Assembly: GCF_021869535.1 (NCBI RefSeq) | Contig: NW_026262637.1 | Coordinates: forward strand, 8,494,001-8,558,000 | Origin: Mytilus californianus | Lineage: Eukaryota | Length of the DNA: 64,000 nucleotides | Direction: 5' to 3' | Shown here: positions 38,139 through 51,189 of the stretch, piece after piece | Position numbering within the stretch: the stretch's first letter is position 1 | Layout: each line of letters opens with the position of its first letter | Notes under the pieces: generated by a model | The model's database searches: none | Seen by the model: only the letters and a program-made list of their open reading frames with translations | Told to the model about the DNA's origin: nothing | Position numbers and translations under genes: made by a program

Positions 38139-38269
38139 TGTTTACATCCTTGCATTGTGGTGTGTAGTGTAAAGTTCCATCATTTCAATCACACCACATA
38201 TCTTTATAATTTGCAATTCTTGCGATTTGTTAATTTATTCCTCAATTATGACGACTTCAGTATGTACAT

Positions 38270-38870
38270 TAAAGAGATTTATCCTGCCGAACAGACTTAA
38301 AACAAAGCTAATACTAACAATGAACACTGCCCTTTCCTGGATCTTGATATCTATATCTTTGACGGGAAGCTTTATACCAAATTCTATGATATAAGAGATG
38401 TTTTTTTTTTCATTTCCAATTGTTAATTATCCATTTTTAAATGGTGACGTTCCCTTATCACCATCTCATGGTGTTTATATATCAACTTGTTCGATTCGGT
38501 CGTGTATGTAACAACGAAAACAATCTCTGTATTACTGAAAAAAATATTACACCAGGGTTTTCGATATCACAAACTAGTCAAAACATTTACTAGATTTTAT
38601 CATCGGTACAAGGACATCATTCGTAAATAGAAATCAACATGCAGACGTCTTATACGTTCAGGTATTTCACATTCAATCTTTTATGGTAATATTCTTTATA
38701 AGGCACAAAAATGTCGGCAATCACCTCAAAAGCTATCGAAATCTTTAAACAGACTTTTTAGGAAGGGATATAGTTACGATACTGTTGTCAGTTCGTGTTC
38801 ATTAAAGATTACATATTTTGGTATTATTATTGATTCACTCATAGGGTCTTTGAATAGGAAATAAACAAAT
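38270..38870 (+). mobile_element. Penelope-like RT C-terminal fragment (decayed)
   Basis: EIYPAE..NKAN...CPFLDLDI...KLYTKFYD.RD...PIVNYPFLNGDVPLSPSHGVYIS; frameshifted. Confidence 0.75.
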
Positions 38871-39515
38871 TTATTCTAAAACATATGCATTATACAGGTG
38901 ATGTTCCTCTCATATATTTTATGATAGCATGATACTAAACCCCTAACGGTAGGGATTCTTCTTGATTTTCATATGATGAAGACATAATCTTGTAATCAGT
39001 TTAATTGAAGTCTGGAGCTGGCATGTCAGTAACTGCTAGTAGTCCTTTGTTATTTATTTATCATTGTCATTTTGTTTAATTTCTTGTGTTACCTATTCTG
39101 ACATCGGACTCGGACTTCTTTTAAACTGCGTTTTACTGTGCGTATTGCTGTGTGTTTTTTATTCTACATTGGCTAGAGGTATAGGGGGAGGGTTGAGATT
39201 TCACAAAACATGTTTAACCCCGCCGACCACCAACACCACGTAATTTATGAAAAAAAAACCTTAAAAAAATTATTTACACTCCAAAAATAAATAATTCATT
39301 ATTTATTACAAACTTTCAAGTTCTTTAAATGTAGTAAAGTTAATCGTTTAAATATGCAAGATTTCATTTTTATTTGAAAGGGAGTTTTTAAAATCTTGTA
39401 CAGCTACATGTTCACAATTCTTGAATATATAGTATAAGTGGTAATCAGTGAATTAAACTTGATATTATTTTGATTATATCTTTTTTTAAAATTCCGTACC
39501 TTTTTTGCATTATAG

Positions 39516-39684
39516 GTAGAGGAAGCAGACCAGCAATTCCGGATGACAACTTTTTTGTTGGAATGTCATCTCTTGCTTACACTGAAAGTATGGCAGATGA
39601 TCATGTAGGAGATTATTATCTTCACTGCATAGCAAACGTATTTAAGGAAAGCTTTGCGTTCCCTGCTTATGGCGATGGTTACGT
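39516..39684 (+). CDS. Caspase-like protease, small-subunit exon 1
   Basis: TATAG acceptor in phase 1, matching 34310; encodes RGSRPAIPDDNFFVGMSSLAYTESMADDHVGDYYLHCIANVFKE...; GTAAGC donor at 39685, phase 2. Confidence 0.8.
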
Positions 39685-41584
39685 GTAAGCTTTAATTTTG
39701 GATAATTCATTATATATTCTAACCAGACAAAAATTACCATATGTCGTCGAATGCACCAAACTCAATGAATATGTGCCGCTATATTAAAAGTTCCTTTTCT
39801 GTGGGTAATAAAAAACAAATTAAAAGCCAATTACAAGACTAATACACATAAGCAAAATATGGTATACCATTTACTCCAAGGCAAATTCAAAAAGGGGAAG
39901 CCCATAAAAAAAATAAATACGTGAAAAACATCTACGATATTCTTGACTTGATACAGCAATTTATCGAAGCTAAACATCATAATGTATGCCAGTTTTTTTA
40001 TAGTTCTTGTTTTATTGACAAACTTAGTCTGAAAAAAGCACCACCCTCTTCATTGCTGAAAATTTAGGTACTTGTATACATTATCTACGGGATGAAGAAT
40101 GTAAGTTGTTTTAACTATACAACAATACCTATACAGCAATGCCTATTTATATCTATGTACTATGGTAACTTTTTGTATTCTTGTCTTTCATTTTGCTAGT
40201 AGGCTTTGTCTATACATCTTTTTGTGTTTCTTTGTTACATATTTGATTGTTCTTATAGTGATTAAGACTGCTGTACCCCAATTTTGACATTTTTACCTAT
40301 TATGTCTGTCTGTTTGTTCACAGATTGTCGTCTATATAATGGTATTGAATGCAACTCTCATACAAACTAGAGGTTTAGCAAGCTATATAAGCAAATTTAA
40401 TCCACCATTTTCTACATACGAAAATGCCTGTACCAAGTCTAGAATATAACACTTGTAATCAACCCGTTTGGTGTGTTAGAGCTTTCGACTTTGCCATTTG
40501 ATTATGGACTTTCCGTTTTGAATTTCCTCGGAGTTCGGTATTTTTGTTATTTTACTTTTAGATGTATAAATACCGAAACACGTCGTATAGCAATGCAAAT
40601 TAACACCCAACAGTCATATTCAGGAATAGATTACGTTCGATATTTAACAGACCGACGACATAGATGTCAAACCACAATCTACGACTTGGTAAAAATGTCG
40701 TAAGTCAGTTTAAACACCGACACATTGTATCAACTAATTTGTGATGGTGTCCATAAAATTTATGGAGTGTCATTTTTAATATTTCCTCCTCATACCTCTT
40801 AGACAATGGTGGATTTTCAACATTCATGTATTTGGTTATGTTTCTTCATTCGGTTCGGTTAGTGTAAACATATTTTATTAATCAAATTCAAGTTAATGAA
40901 TGTACACAATTTGGCATTTACATATATATATACATAATTGAATAATTAATTGGATCCGGAAACTAGCTGTTAACTTATATTAATCCGTTTCCTAAACTAC
41001 GGTTCGGTTTGATATTGTGTTATGTCTTATCGTTTGTGGTTTGAATTCTGTATTGTCGGTACATTTCACATATGTCTTACTTGTCAGTATAGTAGAGTTA
41101 ATTTCAATTTTCTGTGGATAAGGTTTTGTGTAAGCCAACAAAATTATGACGTCGTCACAGCATTAATATAAAATAGCCTTTCAAGACCGTCATAATAATG
41201 ATAGTTATTTGGACTAGTATCTGAGTTTTTTGAAAATAATTGTGAATTTGTTGATCTCGTTTAATATAATTGTAAGCATTCCCGCTTATATGGCAATGTT
41301 AAAAATTATCGCCAAAAGGACATCATTACGTGACAGGAATACAGTACAAGCAAACGCAAGAACACTTAGCACAGAGAAACGCATACATAAATAATATAAA
41401 AGTCGTTACAACATGTTCTTTTATTCATTAAATGTCATTTCTTAAAACAGCATTTTTTCTTAATGCTACCCTTCATAATATCACTCCCTAATTTTAAATC
41501 CAGCTTAATTGTTCATGTTGTAATTTAAACAATACTTATGATGTTTATTATACTGCATGATTATTTTGTTTATATACCTTTCAG

Positions 41585-41723
41585 TCGTGACATTGATTAT
41601 CTGATGAAGAAAGTACACAGGGATGTTCAATGGTATGCTGACAGCAATGGCGATTCCCAAAAGCCAATATATGAAAGTTCACTTAAAAGTCAACTGTTCC
41701 TTCAAGGAACAGAAAACTCTTAA
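41585..41723 (+). CDS. Caspase-like protease, terminal exon
   Basis: TTTCAG acceptor in phase 2; RDIDYLMKKVHRDV...SQKPIYESSLKSQLFL fits the caspase p10 C-terminal pattern (L..V...V...Q.P...S.L...L); ends in TAA. Confidence 0.8.
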
Positions 41724-43456
41724 ATATGATATCAACTCTTATTTGTTTCGATGTACACTGTCATTTGCCAATATACATATTTTCAATGAAGCAAATGTAT
41801 GTATTATTAATTTTATATACAATACATTCTTTTAATTAAAGTTTAGGAAAATAATTTGCGAAAGGATGGACATTGTGGTGAGAAAGTTAATGAATGAAGT
41901 AATTTCCAGTTTGTAACGCATATTATACGATTTCGATACAACCCATTTTTCCCTCTTTCATTGTTTGTAAGTAGTTATTTCTTTCAGAACGACAGGTTAT
42001 TCTTTCGAAGAATCAACCCAGACGATACCAAGTTTCAATGACATTTACCTGTATAATGTCATATTTTTCTTGATAAAAATGCAAACTTTAATTACTTAAT
42101 CATGTATTTCGTTTGATAAATATCATGTGTTGTTGCCATTTTTTTATTTTCTATATTTCGCTTTTGTAAGGCAGAAACAATCTTTCCTCCGTTTATTGGT
42201 CTGAAATACCGAAACTTGCCGTTGACGCACAGTTTAACTGTCAAAACAAATAATGTGAAGTTAACTTAATTTATCGCTACGATAAAGGATACTATGTGAG
42301 ATGAATTTTATTATGCAAAACTTTTCATAAAAAAGCCAGATTTAACACATTCGTGAGTAGGATTGGGAAATCTTATTTATTCATATACTATAGGAAAATA
42401 TAATTTCACCTATGGATATTCGTTTTTCGTGTTACATGAACATGTATCATGATTTCGTGCTCTCTTAATGCAAGACTTTTTTTGTACATCTTTATATATA
42501 TCTTTTACTCTATATAATGAACAAGTGTACAAACATTCCTATTTTATATAGAATCACACACACGTACTTTAAAATGGGGAGGGGATATTATATTTCATCC
42601 CGATTCTTAAGTTGTATTAAAATTTAAAAAAAAGTGGTAGTACCAGACATAAGAGAGAAAACAATTATTCCGAATGATTATTCGTTTATAAAATTGTTGA
42701 AAAAATGATCTGCCTTTTCGCGATAAAATTTCATGAAAATACACAAAACAAAACATAAATCCCTCTTTCATAAAAAAAAAGTTGATACAATAAATTACTT
42801 ACAAAGTGACTTGTATCATTTGTACACCGTAACAATTAATGTGCGTCTTGCTTTGTGCTGTTAAAGCAATATTTCTATTGAAACTGGATAATGATTTCTA
42901 ATGTTTATGTATCTAAATTAATTAGTGAGATTTATTACACATTATAAATGAGCCGTAGGGCATATTAAAACCTGAACACATCAGCAAATAATATCCAACT
43001 ATAGTGTGGTCGGTAAAATAGAATGAAAGTACTGAAATGTTTTTGCAAAAAATAATATTTGTTGATCGCATATAAGTCAGATAATGCATATTTTAAGGTT
43101 TTTCTTGTCGTATAACACATCTCGGGATGTCAGGATTGCCCAAAGAAAGAACTCCTTACACCCGGTCTTTCATTTGACCAATCCTGACACCCCTTGGAGT
43201 GTTAAAATGGTTTACTTTTACAAATTATGACTTGGATTGAGCGTTGTTTCCTTGGCACTCATACCATATATTCTTATATATATTATCTTTAACATACTTA
43301 TCGCAATTCTAACACTTTCAAAATATATAGCCGAAATTTAACCAAAGACCCAACATAACGTGCAGGTTACGGCTGCCCTATTGACGTCTCATAAGGTTTA
43401 TGTTGTCATACAATAATGTTACTTTATCATGTTATACCATACTGCTAACTACCTTT

Positions 43457-43860
43457 CCCACCCGGCACTCAACGTCATTTCAACGTTGATAAATGATTGA
43501 TGTTTGGTCATGACGTTGTTTCAACGTTGTTTCAACGTTGAAATAACAACGTTGAGTTTAGGTTGAAGAAAGTATGTTGTTTCAACGTTGAATTTCGGTT
43601 GTTTCTACAACGTTGAATTATGGTTGCAGAAAGTATGTTGTTTCAACGTTGGATTTTGGTTGTTTCTATAACGTTGAATTATGGTTGCAGAAAGTATGTT
43701 GTTTCAACGTTGGATTTGGTTGAATCTTCAACGTTGAATTTAGGTAACAGAAAGTATGTTATTTCAACGTTTAATATAGGTTGATTCTTCAACGTTGAAT
43801 TTAGGTTACAGAAAGTACATTGTTTGCTGAATTTTGGTTGAATCCTTAATGTTGAAGGTA
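43457..43860. repeat. Left subterminal array of palindromic CAACGTTG motifs, partly in ~41-bp tandem units
   Basis: More than 10 copies of (TT)CAACGTTG between 43470 and 43850. Confidence 0.9.
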
Positions 43861-44233
43861 TATATATATATGTTGAAAAATGCTGTTTAAAAGTTGATTC
43901 TTTTATGTTCAAATCAAGGCACTGGCTGTGGTTACACACAGAAACTAAAAAACAATAAGAAATAGCTAAATTGTTATAAGCGCTGGTGAAGTGGACCCCC
44001 TTTTTTATTTTTGTGTTTCTTTTATTTAATTGACAATATTTTTTTTCATATTTCAACCTATTTTTACTCAATTTAGCTTATAGTTAATAATTATAAGTGC
44101 ATGTTCAACAGTTTTTATATTAAATGCAATTCTACTTTATACATTTTCCCTCTTATTCAATAGGATACGACTCCCGATACGACTTAAAAAGTCTCAATAT
44201 ACTTTTTTTGGTTAATTACAAACAATTAATTTA

Positions 44234-44334
44234 CAGTGGCAGATCCAGATTTTTTTTAAAAGGGCACTGACTATAACCTATAATATATAGGGGTCCGCTC
44301 TAGTCATGCTTCAGTGATTCCATTTATAATTTAC

Positions 44335-44365
<31 letters not shown>

Positions 44366-44383
44366 ACCTTTGATCCGCCTATG
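44234..44383. mobile_element. Degenerate CAGTGGC(G/A)GATCCAG MITE copy
   Basis: Ends CAGTGGCAGATCCAG and GATCCGCCTATG with an internal poly-C. TSD not preserved. Confidence 0.6.
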
Positions 44384-44549
44384 AATACTAAGCGGTGATA
44401 AAACTGAATAGCAGAAATGGTGACTTTTTCAAGTTCAGGTTGTATATAAATGCCAAACGAATGACCAACTTTAACTAATTAAGTCCACAATATAATTATA
44501 TCGTCATATTGACAAAAATGATAGTCGGAAATTATCAAATAGAACGAAA

Positions 44550-44658
44550 GCACGCGTGCGCGGCTTTTGGCGGCATTTCTCTGCATACGCGCGTTGGTCA
44601 AGTCACTCCTAAATCCAAAACAGCACATCACCCAGAAGAAGATTGTATTAGAAGTTTT
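44550..44658 (+). promoter_or_regulatory. Putative promoter and first non-coding exon of the transposon transcript
   Basis: CpG-rich patch with palindrome GCACGCGTGC (44550-44559) and CGCGCG in a CpG-poor element, followed by a GTAAGT donor at 44659. Confidence 0.4.
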
Positions 44659-45449
44659 GTAAGTATATATTAACTTGTCTACAAATATATGGATACTTTA
44701 AATTTTGTTTTATCATACTTAAATTATATATTATTCTTTCAACATCAGTTAGATAAACTGTTTAGTCGCGACAGGAAATATATATTATTGCATGGTGGAC
44801 ATTTTGAGGTGAATCAACTGAACATTCAAAGAAATTATTAATTAGCCAACACAATTTGTCAGTTTAAATAAACGTAATTAAATCAATTCATATTTATTCA
44901 GATAAGATTGCTTCTGGGTATGGAAATTATGTTTTAATTTAAAAAAACGAGGTGAATTTTGACACGGAACAAAAAACCGGAAGTATGTTCGCATTTGTAA
45001 GGATTTTAGGTAAATTTATAAACAAAAATTTGACACGCTAAATATGATCAAATATAAAACGCTCGTATTTACGCTGTCTTTGAACTAATTAAGTCATTGA
45101 GTGTAGTAGTCGGTCGAGGACCAGCTTAATATATTCTAACCAGATGATGTAAAAAAATGAAAAAGTAAGATGAAGGACCTCGTTTTGAATCCTAAACTTT
45201 TTTTCAGAAATTAATGAATATAACTGTATAACATAAATCACCTGGAACTTGTACAGCTGTCATGACTACATGTAGTCATTATTGAAGAGTGACCATGACT
45301 TCTCTAGTTGAAAAATTAACATATATTCTTGCATTTGTAAACAAATGTAATTTATGCAGTAAATCACATTGTAGTCTGTTTTGTCCCTTTTATTACAGTG
45401 CGGCCGAGATAAAGCCATTAACAAAAATTCAGTGTTGAAGATTGAATGC

Positions 45450-45790
45450 ACCACCCGGGGGGCCTACTGACCATCTTTTTGGGTATAACTGTGCCGATAG
45501 CACTTGCCAAATGAGACCCTGTTCTAACCAGAAAATATTGAAAAACATACCCTGTTCTAGACACACTCAGAACATTTATACCCTGTTTAAGATATTTAGA
45601 CTGTTATTTTACATAAGCGATCCTGTTCTAGACTGTATGTTTAAAAAGTGTCCCTGTTCTAACAACAGGACATGAAAAAAGGACCCTGTTCTAAAAGCAT
45701 GGCATGAAAGAAAAAGGGACCCTGTTTTGCGGCACACCCATACCACGTAAAATATACATAAAGATATATAATACAGAGTTTTATTTCTAC
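45450..45790. repeat. Fragment of a CCCGGGGGG-ended MITE with seven spaced CCCTGTT(CTA) motifs
   Basis: Motif at ~45517, 45551, 45581, 45622, 45652, 45685 and 45720. Confidence 0.55.
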
Positions 45791-46804
45791 TGTACTCAAT
45801 ATCCTGTACATATAAAAATAAGAAGTGGTATATATCGATGCCAATGAGACAACGAATCCATCCATCATGTCCAAGACTCAATGCAGTGAAATAATGTACA
45901 TTGTAAGTGTATACACCATGTTATATGGAAACCTGGGTTGATTTTCCTTTTTGATTCTTACAAAATAGCAGTAGTGGTAATCTTAGTATTTTATTTTTAG
46001 TAGCGAGTGATGCTTTTGTATATCTTGGCCACTTCAAATAAAATTGAGTGAACAAATACTGTTTTAAAATTCATGTAAATAATATGAATTGAACAAAAGA
46101 AGATGGGGTATGAGTGCCAATTAGACTCTTAATCGAAGATTTATTGTACATGTATTTAATTCATGTTAATTGTATATATTTAGTCAGATTCATCATTATT
46201 GTATCCATGCACTTGTAATTGACAGAAGTAGTGAATACACTATTTACTTTTGTCTGTCTCATGATGATGGGTGGCAAGGTCCTCACAAGGTTGGTGTCTG
46301 TCTCAGATGGTCATTCTTAACCTTTTTAAGAAGGTAAAAATGTACTAATGGGTGTGGTTTCATTATTTTGGTATTTTGCTTTTAACAACAAGTGACACTT
46401 TTTCAAATCCTGGCGGTTTGAAATAATAAGTAACTACAAATAGGGGCTGGTGCACACTTAGTTACAGATGTCACCATCATGTGTACCTGTATATGCTTTG
46501 AAGTTATGCATTGTATACAAAATGTCTCCAGGAGCTACATGTAGCATGGTCAGATAGATGTCAAGAAAAGATATTTTGGTCTCCTAAGAGGGATATATAA
46601 TCGACAGTTTATAAATTTATGTAAATTTTTACCCAAAGGTTTGAATTTTATTTAAATTTTTTTACCAACTATATAGCTAACTGACATTGAAGTTAGCAAT
46701 AAATGATTAAAAAATGTATAACTATTTTCACTGTTTCATTACAGGTTTTATAGTCTGTTGGTTATTTGATTATAAGTAGTCTGGATATACCATTATAAAA
46801 TAGG

Positions 46805-46834
46805 ATGGCAGAAGGAAATGGAAGAGATCTACCT
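46805..46834 (+). CDS. Shared first coding segment MAEGNGRDLP (exon probably 46745-46834)
   Basis: TTTCATTACAG acceptor at 46744, first ATG at 46805, GTGAGT donor at 46835. Phase 0 is compatible with both 49213 and 51578. Confidence 0.6.
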
Positions 46835-47149
46835 GTGAGTTTATAAAATTACTTTTTTTAAGCATTAAATTATAAAACCGAAAAACATGGCTTCACTAAG
46901 CGTTGGATGTTGATATCTTATCAATAATAAAAGTCTGTAAATTAAATACATGTATTAAATTAAATCAATTATAAAAATATAGCACTCGCAGAGAGAAATT
47001 CATCTGTGATGGTTTCTCAATTTCAGAGATGAATCCATTTTGCAGAGGAGCCTACAGGGAGGAGATAACTGCTATTTGGCATGTTGCATGAGAATGCATG
47101 TCACATGTTTTTGTCACAATCATGTTTATTAAGGATTTTGAAATATTTG

Positions 47150-47773
47150 ACCCCATAGAATAAACAAACTAGGCTATATATATATGGAACTTTAATATAA
47201 TGTTCCTTAGAGTATCTATTTTATAAATTGTACAAGTTTTGATCAATTGACAAACATGACCGCATAGCTATAAATAGAACATGGGGGTTATTTTAAGGAA
47301 ATTTTGCAGTTTTTGATCACTATCTTGAATATTATTATAGATAAAGAGAAACTGTAAACAGTAAAACTGTTAAGCAAAATAAGATCTACTAATAAGTCAA
47401 TAATACCAAAATTGTCAATTGACCTTTTAAGGATTTATTGCCCTTAAAACTTAAAGATATTTTACTTAATTTCTTTTACTTGTTAGCTTACTTTAAAAAA
47501 TCTTCTCCTTTGAAACTGCTGAATAAATTTCAGCCAAACGAGTTTCAGAGTATTTAGTATAAATTTTATATTTATTTCCTTGTACGTCAAGAAACATAGC
47601 CTGTATTGGCTAAAATAGAACATAGGGGTAAAATGCATTGTTTTGCTTTTGAAGAAGATATGACCAGATTCAAGAATATATTTATATAAATTAAAAAGCC
47701 AAAATAATCATTGATGAAAGATTTAAACAAATAATTTAAGGTGAGCGATTCAGGCTCTTGAGAGCCTCTTGTT
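47150..47773 (+). mobile_element. 5'-decayed Helentron/HINE-like element in the first coding intron of the transposon
   Basis: Homologous to 6283-6925; identical 3' end GGTGAGCGATTCAGGCTCTTGAGAGCCTCTTGTT. Confidence 0.75.
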
Positions 47774-48592
47774 TATAGTTACTTGTACAATTCTTTCCAG
47801 AATTTTATGAAACTTATGTCATAGGTTTATATCAACAATTCACATGACTCTGACAACTTCAAAATTTGGTACCAATCACTTTTTTTAATAGAAAATTTTC
47901 AAGAATTTTATAAAACAAATTCTATATAAAATAATATCAGCAATATCTCTAACAATTCTAAAATGGTTGCCATTTGACTTTTTAAAAAAGAGTGATGCCA
48001 TCTGTATTTGTAACATTTGATAAATGAATTATTTGCAACGTGGGGAACATGGAAACTATGTTCTCTTATATATTTTACTTCAGAATCACTGTTTTCTATT
48101 CTTATGCATGTAAACCTAAATGCATGCATGCAGCAGAGCCTCATGGGCCATTTTTTATATCAAGTTTTTTGTTTGATTGCTGTATTTTTTGGAAACTTTT
48201 ATGATTGAAGCCAGAGTATAGAAAACCAAGAAAATCTCTGAGGAAACTATATAAAAAATAATATGTTATAAAGTCATCCTTTAATAACAACAATTGTCCA
48301 CATATTAGTCAAAATTAAAATGGTTACCCAAGTCTTTAAAATGTACCCAAAAGCCCCCCTTCATTTTATTGTAAATTTTAAATGCTGCTGGAAAATTATC
48401 ATTGTGTGGATCTATAAGAGACAAAATAAATGTGAGCATATCTTCAAAATGGTTTTATCAAGAATAATCTTAGAATTGTCAGTTATATATACTAATATCA
48501 ATCTGAAACTTGATAAAAAAGAATATTAATTTTAAAATTTCTGCCCAGCCTACATGTATACCCTATTTTGTTTTGCCTAATCTATGAAACAT

Positions 48593-48735
48593 CAGGGGCG
48601 GATGCAGGAATTTTCAAAAGGGTGGGTGCAAAATATATGTCCCGATACAAATGCATTGATCGGCCAAAATAAAGGGGGGGTGCGAACCCCCGGAACCCCC
48701 CCCCCCCCCCCCCCCCTCCTCTGGATCCGCCACTG
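48593..48735. mobile_element. CAG...CTG MITE with a 5-bp TSD (hAT5-like)
   Basis: Ends CAGGGGCGGATGCAG and CTGGATCCGCCACTG, with AACAT on both sides (48588-48592, 48736-48740). Confidence 0.8.
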
Positions 48736-49212
48736 AACATTATGTCACAAAGAAACAATAATTAAAATTAAATAGATAATTTTCAGACTTAATAAAGGCC
48801 AGACTTTTTTTATTATTTGTTAAGAGAGAAAATTTTGGGCGAAATAGAAATAAAAGTCAAAAGTTGTGCTCAGTTGGTTCCAAAAATGAAAATACAATTA
48901 ATTATGATTAGAAAAAAAAACCTGCAAAATAACTAACGGTTCTCATTCCAGATTATTTTTTTCTGGTTCTTAACATAGGGTAGGCAGGTAGGAGGGAAAG
49001 TAAATATAAACGTTGACAAAGTCTATTTTATTTTGGTTTTCCAAAACTTAGGGTAGGCTTATGTCGTTGAAAAACAATAAAAAGTCTAGCCTAATGGATT
49101 ATCATATTTATATTAAAATGCAAACGAAATGCATGATCAACTTTCAGGAATTTTAACACAACATATAACATGTATAAACATATGCATGTAACAAAATTCA
49201 AACCTTTTACAG

Positions 49213-51189
49213 CGCTCATATCTTAGAAGATGGAGAATGTATAACACTGAGGTAGAAAACTTGGCTTGCCTAAGTGATGATGAGGAAAGTGTGTCGAGCC
49301 ATGTATCAGCTGTACAAGAAGGTTCAGAAAGAATGCATGAATTGTCTGAAAGTCAGAGCAGTAACATTAATATTAATCATGAATATGGCAACAATGAAAA
49401 TGAAGCGAGTAGTGATAATGTCGAAAGCAGTAATGATGAAGAAATAAGTAGTGAAGAAGAACAGAGTAGTGAAAATGATAGTTCTGGAAGTAGCCGAGTA
49501 TCAAGTGAAGATGAACAATCTGATTCTGATAATAATGATCTTTGTAAAGATTTAGCTGAATGGGCCACTGAGAACAAAACATCAAGAGATGGCTTAAATT
49601 CTTTGTTATTTATCTTTAGAAAATATGGACACCGCGTTCCAAAGGATTCTAGAACACTGTTAAAAACTCCTCGACATATCGATATAAATAAAAAATGTGG
49701 AGGTGACTATATATATTTAGGAATTGAAAGTGGTATTTTAAAAATTTTGACTCAAAACGCAAGACATTTTACAAGAAATAATGAGCTGTTGTTAGATTTT
49801 AACATTGATGGTGTCCCACTTTTTAAATCATCAAACACACAGTTTTGGCCTATATTATGCAGTTTGTCAAAATATGAACCTTTTATAGTGGCTTTATACT
49901 GTGGAAATTCCAAGCCAAATTCTGTGCAGGCTTATTTGTCAGATTTTTTAGGAGAGTTGGAAAATTTAAAAACGCATGGAATAACTTTTAATGAAATTTT
50001 ATACACCGTCAAATTAAATGCTTTTATATGTGATGCTCCAGCCAGGTCCTTCATAAAATGTACTGTAGGTCACAATGGTTACTACAGCTGTGAAAGATGT
50101 ACCATTAGGGGTGAGTGGAATGGCCGTGTTGTTTTTAATTCATCTGATAACAGTCCTCCATTGCGAACTGAGGAGGAATTTAGAGCATGCCTATACAGCA
50201 ACCATCAAACATCACGCTCACCATTAATAGATGCAGGACTGTTTTGCATAAATACCTTCCCACTTGACTACATGCATTTAGTTTGTCTAGGTGTAGTGAA
50301 GAGGATTCTTATGTTCCTGAAGCAAGGTCCAAGGGAGTGCAAGTTGTCACAACAACAACTTAAATTGATATCAGACAAACTAAAAAACCTCCGTGGGAAA
50401 ATGCCAAGGGAGTTTGCTAGACAGCCACGTTCTCTTGAATTGGACAAATGGAAAGCAACAGAATTCAGACAGTTTGTCTTGTACAGTGGGCCCTTAGTGC
50501 TGAAGTCTGTTCTTTCTAGGGCTATGTACAACCATTTTTTAACATTGACCGTGGCCTTAAGCATTCTTTTAGACTCAATTAAAGAAACCAGAAATGCCTA
50601 CTTGGATTATGCCCAAGAACTTATGACATATTTTGTGAAGAATGCCACAACTCTATATGGAAATACATTTGTTTCCTATAATGTTCATGCATTGGTCCAT
50701 GTTACTGATGATGTAAAAAACTATGATACATCACTCAACGATTTGAGTGCATTTCAGTTTGAAAATTATTTACACCAGATTAAAAAGAAGGTTAAAAATG
50801 GACAAAACCCTATTGTGCAAGTAGTCAAGCGATTGACAGAGGCAGAAAAGTCTAATATTCGTCGTATTCATAGTAAGACCTTTATGTATGTATCCATGAA
50901 AAAAAAGGATGGTTGTTTTCTTCTCTGGAATCAGAATTTCGCCTTTGTCAGAGAACGACGCCCAGGAAAAAAATATGTTTGTGATATATTAAAGCCACAA
51001 TATACTGAACAATTTTTCAAGGAGCCATGTGATTCCAAATTGATTAACATTGCTGTTGCTAAAAACATAGAAAGATATGCTTCAAGGCAAATGGTGGAAG
51101 AAGCTGACATTGAAAGAAAAGTTGTTTGCTTGCCATATGAAGGAGGGTACCTGTTGATGCCTATGTTGCATGGTATTGAGAGACATTAG
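49213..51189 (+). CDS. CACTA/EnSpm-type DDE transposase exon (658 codons; 668 aa with the 10-aa leader exon)
   Basis: Open 650-aa ORF extended to the TTTTACAG acceptor (RSYLRRWR...). Motifs NIDGVPLFKSS.QFWPIL, CDAPARSFIK..GHNGYYSCERC, LDYMHLVCLGV, WKATEFRQF, NVHALVH and FQFENYL. Confidence 0.95.
   Translation, partial: RSYLRRWRMYNTEVENLACLSDDEESVSSHVSAVQEGSERMHELSESQSSNININHEYGNNENEASSDNVESSNDEEISSEEEQSSENDSSGSSRVSSEDEQSDSDNNDLCKDLAEWATENKTSRDGLNSLLFIFRKYGHRVPKDSRTLLKTPRHIDINKKCGGDYIYLGIESGILKILTQNARHFTRNNELLLDFNIDGVPLFKSSNTQFWPILCSLSKYEPFIVALYCGNSKPNSVQAYLSDFLGELENLKTHGITFNEILYTVKLNAFICDAPARSFIKCTVGHNGYYSCERCTIRGEWNGRVVFNSSDNSPPLRTEEEFRACLYSNHQTSRSPLIDAGLFCINTFPLDYMHLVCLGVVKRILMFLKQGPRECKLSQQQLKLISDKLKNLRGKMPREFARQPRSLELDKWKATEFRQFVLYSGPLVLKSVLSRAMYNHFLTLTVALSILLDSIKETRNAYLDYAQELMTYFVKNATTLYGNTFVSYNVHALVHVTDDVKNYDTSLNDLSAFQFENYLHQIKKKVKNGQNPIVQVVKRLTEAEKSNIRRIHSKTFMYVSMKKKDGCFLLWNQNFAFVRERRPGKKYVCDILKPQYTEQFFKEPCDSKLINIAVAKNIERYASRQMVEEADIERKVVCLPYEGGYLLMPMLHGIERH

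Noticed and set aside
47027-47100. Exon-like segment after a good TTTCAG acceptor in the first coding intron
   Set aside because: In phase 0 it gives an immediate stop (AGA TGA) and has no convincing donor. It could be a poison exon, but this is unsupported.
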